In this document: one piece after another, positions 51,420 through 64,000 of the stretch | Layout: each line of letters begins with the position of its first letter | Position numbering within the stretch: the first letter of the stretch is position 1 | DNA from: Octopus sinensis | Taxonomy: Eukaryota | DNA: 64,000 nucleotides | Direction: 5' to 3' | Assembly: GCF_006345805.1 (NCBI RefSeq) | Contig: NC_042997.1 | Span: forward strand, 140,864,001 to 140,928,000 | The notes under the pieces: generated by a model | Database searches by the model: none | The model's input: only the letters and a program-made list of their open reading frames with translations | Told to the model about the DNA's origin: nothing | Made by a program: the position numbers and the translations under genes

Positions 51420-52297
51420 TTGTTATATTTATTTCTTTATTGCCCACAGTAGGCTAAACGTAGAGAGAACAGACATAACAGTTTCTTATTTAATCAGTGC
51501 ATAACAGTTTTTTATTTAATCGACCCCGAAAGGATGAAAGGCAAAGTCGACCTCGGCGGAATTTGAACTCAGAACGTAACGGTAGATAAAATACCTATTT
51601 CTTTACTACTCACAAGGGGCTAAACACAGAGGGGACAAACAAGGACAGACAAACGGATTAAGTCGATTATGTCGACCCCAGTGCGTAACTGGTACTTAAT
51701 TTATCGATCCCGAAAGGATGAAAGGCAAAGTCGACCTCGGCGGAATTTGAACTTAGAACGTAACGACAGACGAAATACCGCAAAGCATTTCGCCCGGCGT
51801 GCTAATGATTCTGCCAGCTTGCCGCCCTCCTATTGTTATTATATCACATTAAGATGGTTTTATTGGCAGAATCGTTCGTACGTCGGTCAAAATTCTTAGC
51901 GGTATTTCTACCGGCTTTACGTTCTGATTTCAAATGCAGTCGTGGTCGACTTTGCCTTTCGCCCTTTCGGAATGAATAAAATAAATTTTGGGGTCATTGT
52001 AATCGACGTGCACCCGCCACTTCAAATCTACCGGCTTTGTGCCAAAATTAGAAAGAGTTATTATTATATTTATTTTTTTATTGCCCACAGGGGGATAAAC
52101 ATAGAGAAGACAAACAAGGACAGACAAAGGGCTTAAGTCGATTACATAGAATCGACCCCAGGGCATAACTGGTACTTATTTAATCGACCCTGAAAGGCAA
52201 AGTCGACCTCGGAGGAATTTGAACTCAGAACGTAACGGCAGACGAAATACCTCTCAGCATTTCACCCGACGCGCTAACGATTCTGCCAGCTCGCCGC
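51420..52297 (-). mobile_element. Tandem cluster of family B SINE copies in the intron of the Cys-rich gene
   Basis: Repeated AAAGGCAAAGTCGACCTCGG blocks on the + strand near 51535, 51720 and 52192, plus an oppositely oriented fragment near 51885-52060. Confidence 0.8.
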
Positions 52298-52657
52298 ACT
52301 ATTATTATATTATATTATCAAAGAAAGGTATTTCGAGGCAATTTCATTTGTGAATAAGTAGATATGCGATTATTTAAAGTTTTCATTTCCACCTTAGAAG
52401 AGACTAATTACTTGGGAATCGGAGCCGAATCCATCGCTATATGGTTACGAACGAGATTTGAACATATGCGCAGAAGTTTGGTAAGAAGCTTGCTTCCCAA
52501 CCACATAGTTCCAGGTTCAGTCCCACTGCGTGGCCCCTTGGGCAATTGTCTTCTACTACAGTTTCGGGCCGACCAAAGCCTTGTGAGTGGATTTGGTTGA
52601 CGAAAACTGAAAGAAGCTCGTGGTATATATGTGTATGTTCATGTATATGTATATATA

Positions 52658-52697
<40 letters not shown>

Positions 52698-52711
52698 TTA
52701 TTTATATAAAG

Positions 52712-52755
<44 letters not shown>

Positions 52756-52835
52756 GCAACTGTCTTCTACTAAAGTTTCGGGCCGACAAAAGCATTGTGA
52801 CTGGATTTGGTTGACAAAAACTGAAAGCAGCTCGT

Positions 52836-52876
<41 letters not shown>

Positions 52877-53591
52877 TTATATATATATATATGTATGTGT
52901 GTCATTGTGTTTTTTTCTCCATCGCCGCTTGACAACCGGTGTTGTGTGTTTACGTCCCTGTAACTTAGCATTCGGCAAAAGAGACCGATAGAATGTATAA
53001 GGCTTAAAAAAAGTACTGGAGTCGATTAATTCGGAATTCATTTGTAACGTCACTGGTGCCAACCTGTATCGGCCTTTGCCTTTCCCTTGGATAACATCTG
53101 TGGTATGGATAGGAGATGGTGGTATGCATGGGCAACTGCTGGCATTCCATAAATAACCTTGCTCGGACATGTGTCTTGCGGGGTAACTTTCTAGGTGTAA
53201 TCCCATGGTCATTCATGACCGAAGGGGGTCTTTTGTTTACAAACATACACACACGTATGTGTATATGCGTGTGTGTGTGTGCGTATGTGTATGTTTGCGT
53301 GTGTACTTGTGTCTGTGTTTGTTCTCTCACTGTTTGACAACCGGTGTTAGTTTGTTTACGTCCACGTAACTCAGTAGTTCGCCAAAGAGAGGGATATTTA
53401 AAAAATATAAGTATTAGGTCGATCCGTTCGACTAAAACCCTTCAAAGCAGTGCCCCAGTATGGCCACAGACAATGACTGAAACAAATAAAAAATAAAAGA
53501 TTAGAAATAAATTAAAAAAACCCCAAATTTTCTGCTTATAATACAGAAATCAATAATTTATCCAAAGTTTTGTGATTTCAACTTCACTTAC

Positions 53592-53685
53592 ATCAATAAT
53601 AGTCTGGAGGGATAAAACGACAAAAAAAGCATAAATATTACAAATTGCATCATTCCAATTGTCCAAAAATTGTTAGTTTGCACGT
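53592..53685 (-). CDS. Candidate start/signal-peptide exon of the Cys-rich gene (ATG at 53653; MMQFVIFML...)
   Basis: ttcttttcttttatttatatAG acceptor, GTAAGT donor, hydrophobic N-terminus. Ends in phase 2 as assembled; one extra base in the A7 run (53622-53628) gives phase 0 and MMQFVIFMLFFVVLSLQTIID. Confidence 0.5.
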
Positions 53686-55847
53686 CTATATAAATAAAAG
53701 AAAGAAAGATTCTTTAAAGGTGTTGAGAATATTTGGAAGTTGAACGACCTCACCGTGAGAGAATATTCCATGATTGCACAATAAATGTGTGATGAATAAG
53801 GATGAAGTGGAAGGGTCTAGGGTGAAGACTAAAAAGAAAAAAATTAATAAAATCTAAACAAAATGAAAGTCCTAGTGTGGCCGATTCTAGCATGTGAACT
53901 GGCGTTGACTACGATAATATAATAAAGTTATTGAAATACAATAATTCCTGAGACTCATTAAAGACCATTCATAACTTAGTATGAAATTAACATCCCACAC
54001 CCATCACGTTTTACTGAAGTGTCACTAATAAAGTATTGTTTGTGGAGGTGCTGTTGCGGTTGTTATTCTCGCTAATGTTGCAGTTGTTAGGAACTTTGTA
54101 GCCGTTAGCATTGTTTGTATCTTCGATATAAACTTTTTTGCTGTTGTTATAGTTGTTACCATTATTATTTTTTTTTATTATTGCACGCAACTCTTTCTGT
54201 TTCCCCGACCCGCACGTCTTAATCCGCTTTTTTACAGTCGGCAAATTGACAGAGTCATTAGAGCGTCGGACAGATTGCTTTGCGATAATCGTTTCGGATA
54301 TTCATGCCTTGAATTCAAATCTTACCAAGACCAACTTTGCTTTTGATCTTCTCGGGATTAATAAATATATCAAACATGTTCTAGAGTCGATTCTTCTGTT
54401 CCATGGTTATCTGACTATTTTTCTTTCCTTTCTAGAAAAAATGAGCAATGGTCAGCCCAGAAAACGGTCTAGCTCCGCTAGTTTTAAATGTCCCAGACAT
54501 TCCGTATATCATAACGATGCTCCTATGATTCCATCAATAAGTTGAGAGTCCAAAATGAGGCCTTTCTTTTCACATGACACAAACCGCGGTTATTTCTCTT
54601 AAAGTGTAAGCGGTTCACATCTGGCCATTACCAGTATGTAGTGAATACGACCGACACATTTAAACTTTAGACAGCTCAATAGACACATCTGTTAACAGGT
54701 GACACGCAAAGGAAAATTTTGACTACAGAAAACAGTGGAAGCACCGGTATTTTGACAGATCCCCAGTACCGAGGTCGGTTCCTCGTGTACATTGAAGAAA
54801 CGATAGGTTACGATAACAAACAGGTTTCTATTTTCAATTTTCATCTCAAACTTAAAATGAAGTCGCGTGGCCTAGTGGTTAGAGTGTTGCATTCACGATC
54901 GTGCTTTCGATTCCCAGACCGGGCGACTCGTTGTGTTCTTGAGCAAAATCCTTCTTTTCAGGTTGTTGCAATCCACTTAACTGTAAATGAATTATCCCGA
55001 AACAGACTGGCGTCCTCTCCAGGAGGGATGTTACAATCTCTATCACTTGTATGTCATGGAAACTGGCCCTTTGAGTCCTAAGACTCGAGACAGTACTACT
55101 TAGTATCCTAAACTTGTTATATTTGTTATATTTTGATATTAGAAAGGTGTACTTAAATCTGAGAAACCCATATTGAGTGACTACACAGACGGTAGAAATG
55201 TGGGGTCCTATCTGTTATTATCTGTTTTCAGTTCTTGTGCACCAGTGTCATAACCAACACAGCCAACATATTAGGTACTGGAATGCTGTTGTTTGTTCCT
55301 TCTCAAGCCATACCTTGCTTATAATGTCCCAGACATTCCGTATATCATAACGATGCTCCTATGATTCCATCAATAAGTTGAGAGTCCAAAACGAGGCCTT
55401 TCTTTTCACATGACATAAACCGCGGTTTATACCTTGCTTATAAGGGCAGGTTTCCAGGTTTCATTGGCGTATAGGTTCCCCACCTGGACGGGATTCCAGT
55501 CTGTCACAGGTGAGCTGCTAGGTGCAGGAGGAAAGAGTGAGAGAAAGTTGTGGCGAAAAAGTCAGCAGAAGTTCGCCATTACCTTCTACCGGAGCCGCGT
55601 GGAGCTTAGGTGTTTCGCTCATAAACACACACATCGCCCGGCCTGAGATTCGAACCCGCGGCTCTAACCACTAGGCCATGTCTCCACCAGGTATAGGAAT
55701 AAGACCCCGTGATTATTTCATTCGTTACTTAGATTACTATAGGCCATTCCGATAAGGTAGTTATCCGCCCCTGACTAGAACTCTCCCATATGTAACCTGC
55801 TTCTACATCTGCGGACTACCAACTCACAGGCTGTATGACCGGTTAAT

Positions 55848-56096
55848 ATGATGTCTCCGAAGAAATCGCGCAAATACTGTTGTAAATGCAGCAATTATAG
55901 AGGGACGAATGTAGACGGCAAAGTTATCTCACTTCATAGATACCCTGCAAACGTCGCTATTCGTCGCATTTGGCTTTAGAGATCGAGACTTGCGAGGAAA
56001 GACTTTGTTTACACTGCAAACAGTCAGATTTGCTCCCAGCATTTTGTCAATTCTAATGGACTATCGACAGATCACCCCTTGCCATCCGTTTATTAG
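55848..56096 (+). pseudogene. THAP domain fragment (transposase N-terminus) with an in-frame stop
   Basis: MMSPKKSRKYCCKCSNY..ISLHRYP..RRIWL*..QICSQHFV..PLPSVY shows the C2CH, P, W and F signature; TAG at 55977-55979. Confidence 0.8.
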
Positions 56097-56284
56097 ATAA
56101 AGTTCAGAGATATGTGTATGTGACTGTGCATTTGTATTTGATAAATATGATAGGGATAAAAAATTTATTCAAAATTAAGCCTAATTTATTTATTATTTAT
56201 TGTTTTAATCATACTTCTATTTACTTACATCCATAAAAAATACAATTTATTATACAAGGGAAAAAAGTCAAAATAATTAGACTT

Positions 56285-56640
56285 TTCTCTGCAATCGGCT
56301 GAATGCATATTGCCAGTGACCTTTGACACTCTGTGATCAGGATTGTTCTTTTTGTTAGATGTTGGGTAGTGACGGGATTACCAGACACCGGACAATGCAG
56401 TGAGAGTAGTTTTTGGTAACATCCGTAATATTCAATGTTGTGGACGTGTCTGTCATGGTAAAATATGTTACTCCTTAACCGTCGCTTTGCCTTCCTCCGT
56501 AGCACGAGGTAGTTGTAAACGTTATCATCCGTAAAATTCGATATCTTATGAAGATCTTTAATCCAATCTGATTTCAGCACATTGGGATCAGGTAAAACTT
56601 CACCGAGGGGAGATACAAGTTTCTGCTTATTCCGGTATGA
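56285..56640 (-). pseudogene. Frameshifted fragment of a transposon-associated SWIM-type protein
   Basis: KLVSPLGEVLPDPNVLKSDWIKDL..VYNYLV, then after frameshifts HCIVRCLVIPS...KVTGNMHSADC, the start of a SWIM CxC. Confidence 0.65.
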
Positions 56641-57489
56641 AGTTCACTTCTCGTCTCTTGATTTTATTTCATTGACGTTCTTTATCGAAAGAATTTTAAT
56701 ACCTTTTAACCTTTCAACCAAATCCGCCTTTTTTTCTTGTAATATACTGTCCATGTAATCGCAAATAATTCTTTGAGTCGACCTGCTTAATATTCATGAT
56801 ATGACGTGATACACAACAACAGTGGCGTGGGTAATTTGCGGAAGTAGAATTGTTTGCACGGAGAGCCACCTAACCAAGGGAGATAATCTACTTATCGGAA
56901 TGTGTCTCCACCAGGTATAGGAATAATACATCGTTATTATTTCTTTCGTTACTTAGATTACTCTAGTGGCCACTCTGATATCTCAGACGCTAGCAAAACG
57001 AACGACTCTATACTTTGTTTATTAATTTATTTTATTCCTTGTTTAGGTCTGTCTTTCATGGACCCTCGGAGTCATAAGGCAAGAGATTCACTCAGTTTCC
57101 ATGGTGTATAAGTGACTGAGATTACAGCACCATCCCTCCAACCACTGAACGGGACGACACAGGGTGATCTTCTCAGTTATTCATGGAAACAACGTAAAAT
57201 GAAGTGTTTTGCGACACGAGCACAAAGCATCGCCCGGGCTGGAAATTGAAACTACGATCGTTCGACCGCAAGTACAACATCCCTAAGCACTAGACTACGG
57301 CCCTTCACTTTTATGCTCTAATTTATTTCCTTGGTTAGGTAACTTTATTTAGACAAATTGTTTTACTTCCGAACTTTTGCATTTATTAGCAAATTATTTG
57401 AATATTAAGCACGTAACTCAATTTTATTCAATAAGTTGTGTGTGTGTGTGTATATGTGCATGTGTATATCTGTGTGTGTATACATATAA

Positions 57490-57528
<39 letters not shown>

Positions 57529-57959
57529 CTATAGGTTATGTCAAAAGTGAAATCTTGCTTCAAGTCTATACAGGCTCATGAAGCCAGAATTTATCCGAAA
57601 TTTCAAAGAGTAAAGTCAGAGTACAAGCTTTTACCCCAGTGTTAACCTTCAGGCGTCTTCGATACTTATTTTTAGCTGAGTTGTATTGGACTAACGCGAA
57701 ATAGTGTCTCGTTCAATGATACAACGCTCAATGCAGTCCGATCATCGAATTCACGATCAAACTATAATCATCAGGTAGCACGCACTTCCTCAAATCAAAA
57801 TAATTTTACACACACCACACACACACACAAACGAACTGTCATAATATCTAGAAAACAACATTCTTCTCCAATATACCTGTCTCATCCAGAATCATAGGTA
57901 TTGTAAGAAGTTTTTATTTTCCTGATATTAGTAGTATAAAATATATACAAATACTGACC

Positions 57960-58300
57960 ACAAAGTTGAAATAAAAACAAAACAACAAAAAATTCTTCGT
58001 TCTTTAACTTTTTGATTAATATTGTATCAATTCTTCTGAACATGTAAATAGAATTGTAAGAAGAGCGATGCAGATAAAATTTATTTCTCGTCTCAATAAT
58101 TTTTCTTTTCATTTAATCCTCTTATCAACAATTTTTTCCACCAGATACACCCGCGAGTTCCATTATTCTCCCATACAGTTTTTTCCTTTTTTTTTTCCAA
58201 TCCTCTTTTCCTTTACATCCCTAAGCAATTTCTTTCATAATTCACTTCAAATATCGCCCACTAACGTTTCTTTGATAAAATCTCACTCCATGCCCATGTC
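57960..58300 (-). mobile_element. Decayed Penelope GIY-YIG end fragment
   Basis: Remnant FY.....YMFRRIDTILIKKLK resembles the Penelope C-terminus. Confidence 0.4.
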
Positions 58301-58485
58301 TATCTATGAACACAAGTGCAACAAATTAACTATTTTATCAAGTCAAGCAACAAGACTTGACATTTAACCCTTGCTTTTCATTTGAAACCGAGGCTTCTGT
58401 ATTGGCTCCCAACAGCTTTAAAATATATCTCGCCTCTTTCTTATAACCTAACTGTAGAACTTGTCTCGGTTTTTATTATATTAGT

Positions 58486-58521
<36 letters not shown>

Positions 58522-59144
58522 ACACACACATTCTTGAAGTTTCCTTTTTTCCATATTTGCATTCTATATTTTTTCTGTTTTTCTTTCTTTCTCTCTAACT
58601 TTTATTTCTTTTTTTATAATTTTTTTCTCTGCTTTGACGCACAAGAACTAAAATGAAGTAGAAAAAGAATAAAAAAAAACCCAACGTATTCTATAGCATG
58701 CTCATATCCATATGTGCATGGAGACACACATGCAGTCAGACATACATGCATACATGCAAGACTTTTCTCAAGTTTAAAACGTGAATTTGCTTTTGTTATC
58801 TACATACCAGTGATGAAGTTTTTCATCTTTGCTCGAAACTAGCTCCTCCTTTACAGGAAGATTTCAAATAATTAAAAAATGAAGGGAACATACATACATA
58901 TATATCCATAAATACACACGCATATATACTTACGCATTCACACACACACACACACGTACACACACATATACATACAAATACGTAGATGCATATATACATA
59001 CACATACGTATGATCTTGTTTAAGCAAGTGAAAATGTATTCAACACATGTTATACGGTATGTATTCATTACAAATTAGTTGATGTAAACACACCTCTATG
59101 TGTGCACCAAATTCTAATTAGCAACGAAGTCAGTCAACACATAC

Positions 59145-59455
<311 letters not shown>

Positions 59456-60012
59456 TAAGCAGTATCGGCCTTTGTCTTTCTTTTGCATAACATCGGTGGC
59501 ATGGCGTGGAGAGGGGAGGCTGGTATGCATGGACGATTACTGGTCTTCCATAAACAATCTTGCCCGGACTTGTGTCTCGGAGAGGAACTTTCTAGATGCA
59601 ATCCTATGGTCATTCATGACCGAAGAGAGTCTTTACTTTATTTTTAACTCTAGATATGGGTCTCTGGTGTTGTTAAATTTTCTTCATAGAAGTCCAAATT
59701 TCTTCATAGAATCCCCTTCCTGTGGGTGGAGGACTTTTTCAGGATAAGCACTGCGGGTGTTTGAGCAATCAGAGGTTTTGTCCTTTGCTTTTAACGATTG
59801 TGGATATGTAGTAGTAGGACTGGAAGGGTAGTGAGAAGCAATCTGTGAGAAATGTTGATGAGAATTTGTAGTGTAGATTTGAAAGCGAAGCGGTTTCGTA
59901 CATATAGACGATTTCTCTACAGGTGGGATGTTAACGGAACAGGTGTAGCTCTCAACAACAGCAGCGTTCATACACTTCCATCACAATCAGTTATATACAT
60001 ATACATACATAC

Positions 60013-60064
<52 letters not shown>

Positions 60065-60182
60065 ACACACACACACATATATATAGTTAATCCAAACAAG
60101 AAAACACAGAAAAAAACACAGCAACGCGAGGACGTGGAACAATTAAAGTATTATTTGACGTCCAGGAAAGAAGGGAAGGAGG

Positions 60183-60217
60183 GTTTAACGTTTCGAGCGG
60201 AGCTCTTCGTCGGAAAC
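60183..60217 (-). ncRNA. Hammerhead-like motif, U4C variant with an extra A after A9
   Basis: GTTT-CCGACGA-A-GAG CTCCG CTC-GAAA-CGT-T-AAAC. Palindromic AACGTT stem III, within a Penelope LTR-like stretch. Confidence 0.55.
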
Positions 60218-61877
60218 AAAGGAGAAGGAAAGATCCCGAGAAGGGAAGACAGAGGAAAAAAAATTTTTTGCTGGTGGTGCTCAAGAGATCACATATATAT
60301 ATAAATGCATATACATACATGCATATGTACATACATGCATGCATACTTACATACATACATGCATACATACATATATACATATAGACACAGGCCGACAGAA
60401 CAAATTTTATCAGTTGGTTTATATTCCGAAATGTATCAACTGAAGAAGGTCTTGCGTAAGGGATGTATTCCCTATTATATATTGCACAATACTCTGAAAA
60501 GTACGTATTCAGCGCTTTCAAAATATTAACAGGGTTAACGATAATACCCACAGGAATCTCTGTCATAGCCAAAAAAAATTTTTTAATAAAAGAAAAGCAA
60601 ATTCCCCTCTCTCTCTTGAGATGCCATGCACAAAGGCGTCGACAATCATAAACTTTTATGCATAGTGTAAGGTCTCCTTAACCCTTGGGCAGACGGACTG
60701 GTTCGGGTGTCATCAGGTCATGTCCACAGACCAGTGTGCTTATCCAACACGTCTAGGGATCAGTCCTTAGTACTTGACCGGTACTGTCACACCGGGCCAG
60801 AGTAGTCATGAAGATAGTGGGAATGTAAGAGGTAAGTTTTGAACTCTTGGTGGTGCCTCATTACTTAGTTTAATCCGTTGTCCAGGACAACCGCCAACTC
60901 AAGAATTCAATAAGGGAACTTTTATGCAGTTTTTCAACCTGCTAGAAATACTAGCCGAATATTTCTCATCGTACAGTCTCCCATCTTAAGAGAAGGTAGG
61001 ACACATTATAAGATACAGTCATCGATACAATAGATCTAAATGAAAGTTGCGATGGTCACGACCGGAGTACTCTTTGAACTAGGGTTTGCTGGATTAGGGC
61101 TGACTTGAGGCTATACAAAGCAGCAACTCTGCCAACACTAACGCTAACACAACAGGCAACCAATTTCATCACCACCACGACTACCACCACCACCACCACC
61201 ATCACGACCACGACCACGACCACGACACGACGACCACGACGACCACGACCACGACCATGACCACGACGACCACCACCACCACCACTACCACGCTGCCGCT
61301 GCCGCCGCCGACATCACAGCGATGATGAAAAACATCACCGCCGCCGCCACCGCCACCATCACCACATAATAAAAACAACACCAACAGCAGCAGCAGCAGC
61401 AACAAGATCAACAACATATACAATACACATACTATTACCACTGTTGTTACGATGATCGTCTCGAAAGTGAAAGATGAAATCTGTCCAGAAGTAAGGAACA
61501 CAAACAAGTGTTGCAAAATACGTGGTAAACTTATTATATAGCCTACGGCTGCAGAGAGAAGGAAAGCTTGTCAATAGATGTCCTCCGCTTGGTTAGGTGG
61601 AGGTTACAGACGAGACGGAGAAAATTTGAATCCATAGATATAGCTAAGGTATAACGTGTACAGTGAGATGTGTGAGATGGCAATGGAAAGTCGCCAGATT
61701 TTATGGTATGCTGTTGGGTTGTTGGATGGCAATGTTAGTGAAACAAGATGGGAAAGTATACGGAGAGGAGAAATTCTAAGGAAAAAAATATGAATAGATG
61801 GAGTTGGCAGGTTTTCTATCGAAATGTACGCCCGTGATTGCTGTTGTTGTTGGTGTTGTTGTTGACGATGATCTCCC

Positions 61878-61939
61878 CCTTCTTCTTCTTCTTCTTCTTC
61901 TTCTTCTTCTTCTTCTTCTTCTCCCTTCTTCTTCTTCCC

Positions 61940-61985
<46 letters not shown>

Positions 61986-62318
61986 TTCTTCCTTCTTCTT
62001 CCCCTTCTTCTGCTTCTTCTTCTTCTCTTCTTTCTTCTTCTTCTCCATCTTCTTCTTCTATTCTTCTCTTCTTCTTCTCTTCTTCTTCTTCTTCTCTTCT
62101 CTTCTTCTTCTTCTTCTTCTTTCTCTTCTTCTTCTTATCTTCTTCTTCTTCTTCTTCTTCTTCATCTTTCTTCTTCTTCTTCTTCTTCTTCTCCTCCTTC
62201 TTCTTCTTCTTCTTCTCTTCTTCTTCTTCTTCTTCTTCTCCATCTTCTTCTTCTTCTTCTTCTTCTTCTTCTTCTTCTTCTCTTCTTCTTCTTCTTCTTC
62301 TTCTTCTTCTTCTTCTTC
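61878..62318. repeat. (CTT)n polypyrimidine microsatellite
   Basis: Direct reading. Confidence 0.95.
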
Positions 62319-64000
62319 CAGGGTGATGGATTGGCAGAATCGTTTGTCTGTCCTTGTTTGTCCTCTCTGTGTTTAGCCTCTTGTGGGTAGTAAAGAAATA
62401 GGTATTTTGTTAGTCTTTACGTTGTGTGTTCAAATTCCGCCAAGGTCGACTTCATTCTTTCGGGGTTGGTAAATTAGGTTTCAGTTCAGTACTGGGGTTG
62501 ATGTAATCGACTAGCCCCCTCCACCCAAATTTGAGGCCTTGTGCCTGTAATAGAAAAAGATTATTATTATTATTGAGTGAGAGAGTAGCGCATGCCATCA
62601 AACTGATGCTGAGGTATAAATATACGAAGCCCAGTATACTTATTATTACTACCCGTCTGATAAGGGTAGCCAGGTGAATTATTCAAACCCCAAAGACATC
62701 CTCTCAATACATGGTTATGATACTCCCCCACTACTTCAGTTCGTTTAGCCTTCAATTTAAGCTCTACAAGTTGTAACAGATTCTCAACCAGAGACGTGAA
62801 GGGAAAAATGTTGTATCTAAAGATGTAAACAGGTGAGATACCTCGCAATTGAGAAACTGATGTCCATGTACTATTCCTTTATTGTTTTACTTATCACCCG
62901 GTCTGAGATTCGAACCCGCGATCCCTCGATTGCGAGTCCGCTGCTCTAACCACTAGGCCATGTGTCCCCACAATCTTGTCTATTAACTGTGTCTTATTCT
63001 CAAAGAACTATGAATCTTAGTACATGGTCTTCTGTGTTTCCTTCCTCAGCTGTTGCTGGAGTTGTCATTAATGTATCAGCTGTTCTCTTTCTGTGGACTA
63101 AGGTTTACTCTCTATTCAAGCTACATCTCAAGAACTTCCAGGAGACTCTCTGCACTACCAAATAATGTTGTTTTCTATATATGCTTTATTTTCAATTTTA
63201 TTCCTATCTTTTCCAACCATTTAAAAATTTCTTTGCTTACTTTACTCTGGGCACCAACAATTATTGACACAATTTATACAACTTTTTCATCGACCACAGA
63301 ATTTTGATTTTTATCCCCAGAGCTTCATATCGTGTCAGTTTTTCTCATTTCCCGACGATTTTACCGTGCACAGGACAAGCGATGTCTATGATCAGACAGG
63401 CAAGCGAAGTTTTATTATTCTTGTAAAGAAATAACAAGGTGAAACTAACTTATCAAAAACATTAATGTCGAATGCGAACTCATATCCTTTGTAAAATATA
63501 TATTACTGAAAACGTCTAAAACTTGATTTTAGAAAGCACAAAAACAAACAAATCAAAACCAAATCTAAAATTAATGTCTGTCTTTCCATTTTTCATATTT
63601 CGTTAGAAGACTGCGAAGAGATGTAACACGTTATGCTATCTCGATATGGCGGCAGCCATTAGCAAAGGTCATTGCTGATGTGAAGAAACTCTCGTAACAA
63701 GTGACAATAATGACAGGTGAAGAGTGAAATGTTTAGAGACAGAGAAAAATATTGGGGTTAAAAAATCACATTCTTATGCTATATAAATAATCTAAAAAGT
63801 ACAAAATAAAGTTTGTAGAAATATTCACCACAGTGAAGTGTTTTTACAGATACATTGCTACCGAATATCAACGTCCACATAGACAACTCATCAAATTTAA
63901 CTCCAGCATTGCATACACTCTATCGATATCGACAAGACAGCACTGCAATATAGAGAAGCTCTTGGAATGTATTTCTTTGCTTTTTAATTAACCAGCAAGT

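Larger units (their letters stand above)
55745..56902. mobile_element. Internally deleted Kolobok-like DNA transposon
   Basis: TIR core CATTCCGATAAG (55745-55756) / CTTATCGGAATG (56891-56902), with imperfect similarity further inward. Contains THAP (+) and SWIM-type (-) fragments in convergent orientation. Confidence 0.65.

Noticed and set aside
53863-53922. Signal-peptide-like short ORF on + (MKVLVWPILACELALTTII*)
   Set aside because: Ends in a stop with no donor and no downstream partner exon.
61776-62376. Poly-Glu/Lys/Leu/Phe ORFs
   Set aside because: Translations of a (CTT)n tract.

Overview
AT-rich, repeat-dense eukaryotic DNA. The SINE families look like those of octopod cephalopods; this is my recognition, not a database result. 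No CRISPR arrays or rRNA genes are visible. Main content: (1) the last 8 coding exons (384 aa, 3222-16229, + strand) of a paladin (PALD1) homologue whose C-terminal phosphatase P-loop has Gly where the CX5R Cys should be; (2) a tentative 5-exon, 151-aa minus-strand gene (27425 to 20149) convergent with paladin; (3) a minus-strand exon encoding a 14-Cys peptide (50785-51060), with a candidate signal-peptide exon at 53592-53685 that is one base out of frame at an A7 run; (4) a damaged tRNA-Val(CAC); (5) several Penelope-type hammerhead ribozyme motifs, including a pair on opposite strands of a 345-bp spacerless palindrome and two with a CCGACGA core variant; (6) an internally deleted Kolobok-like element (THAP plus convergent SWIM-type fragment, TIRs) flanked by an unusual 64-bp direct repeat; (7) mariner/pogo/hAT MITEs, R4-type and Penelope retroelement fragments, four SINE families, many micro- and minisatellites and one 100-N gap. 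Most ORFs in the supplied track are microsatellite or repeat artefacts. Repeat boundaries are approximate.
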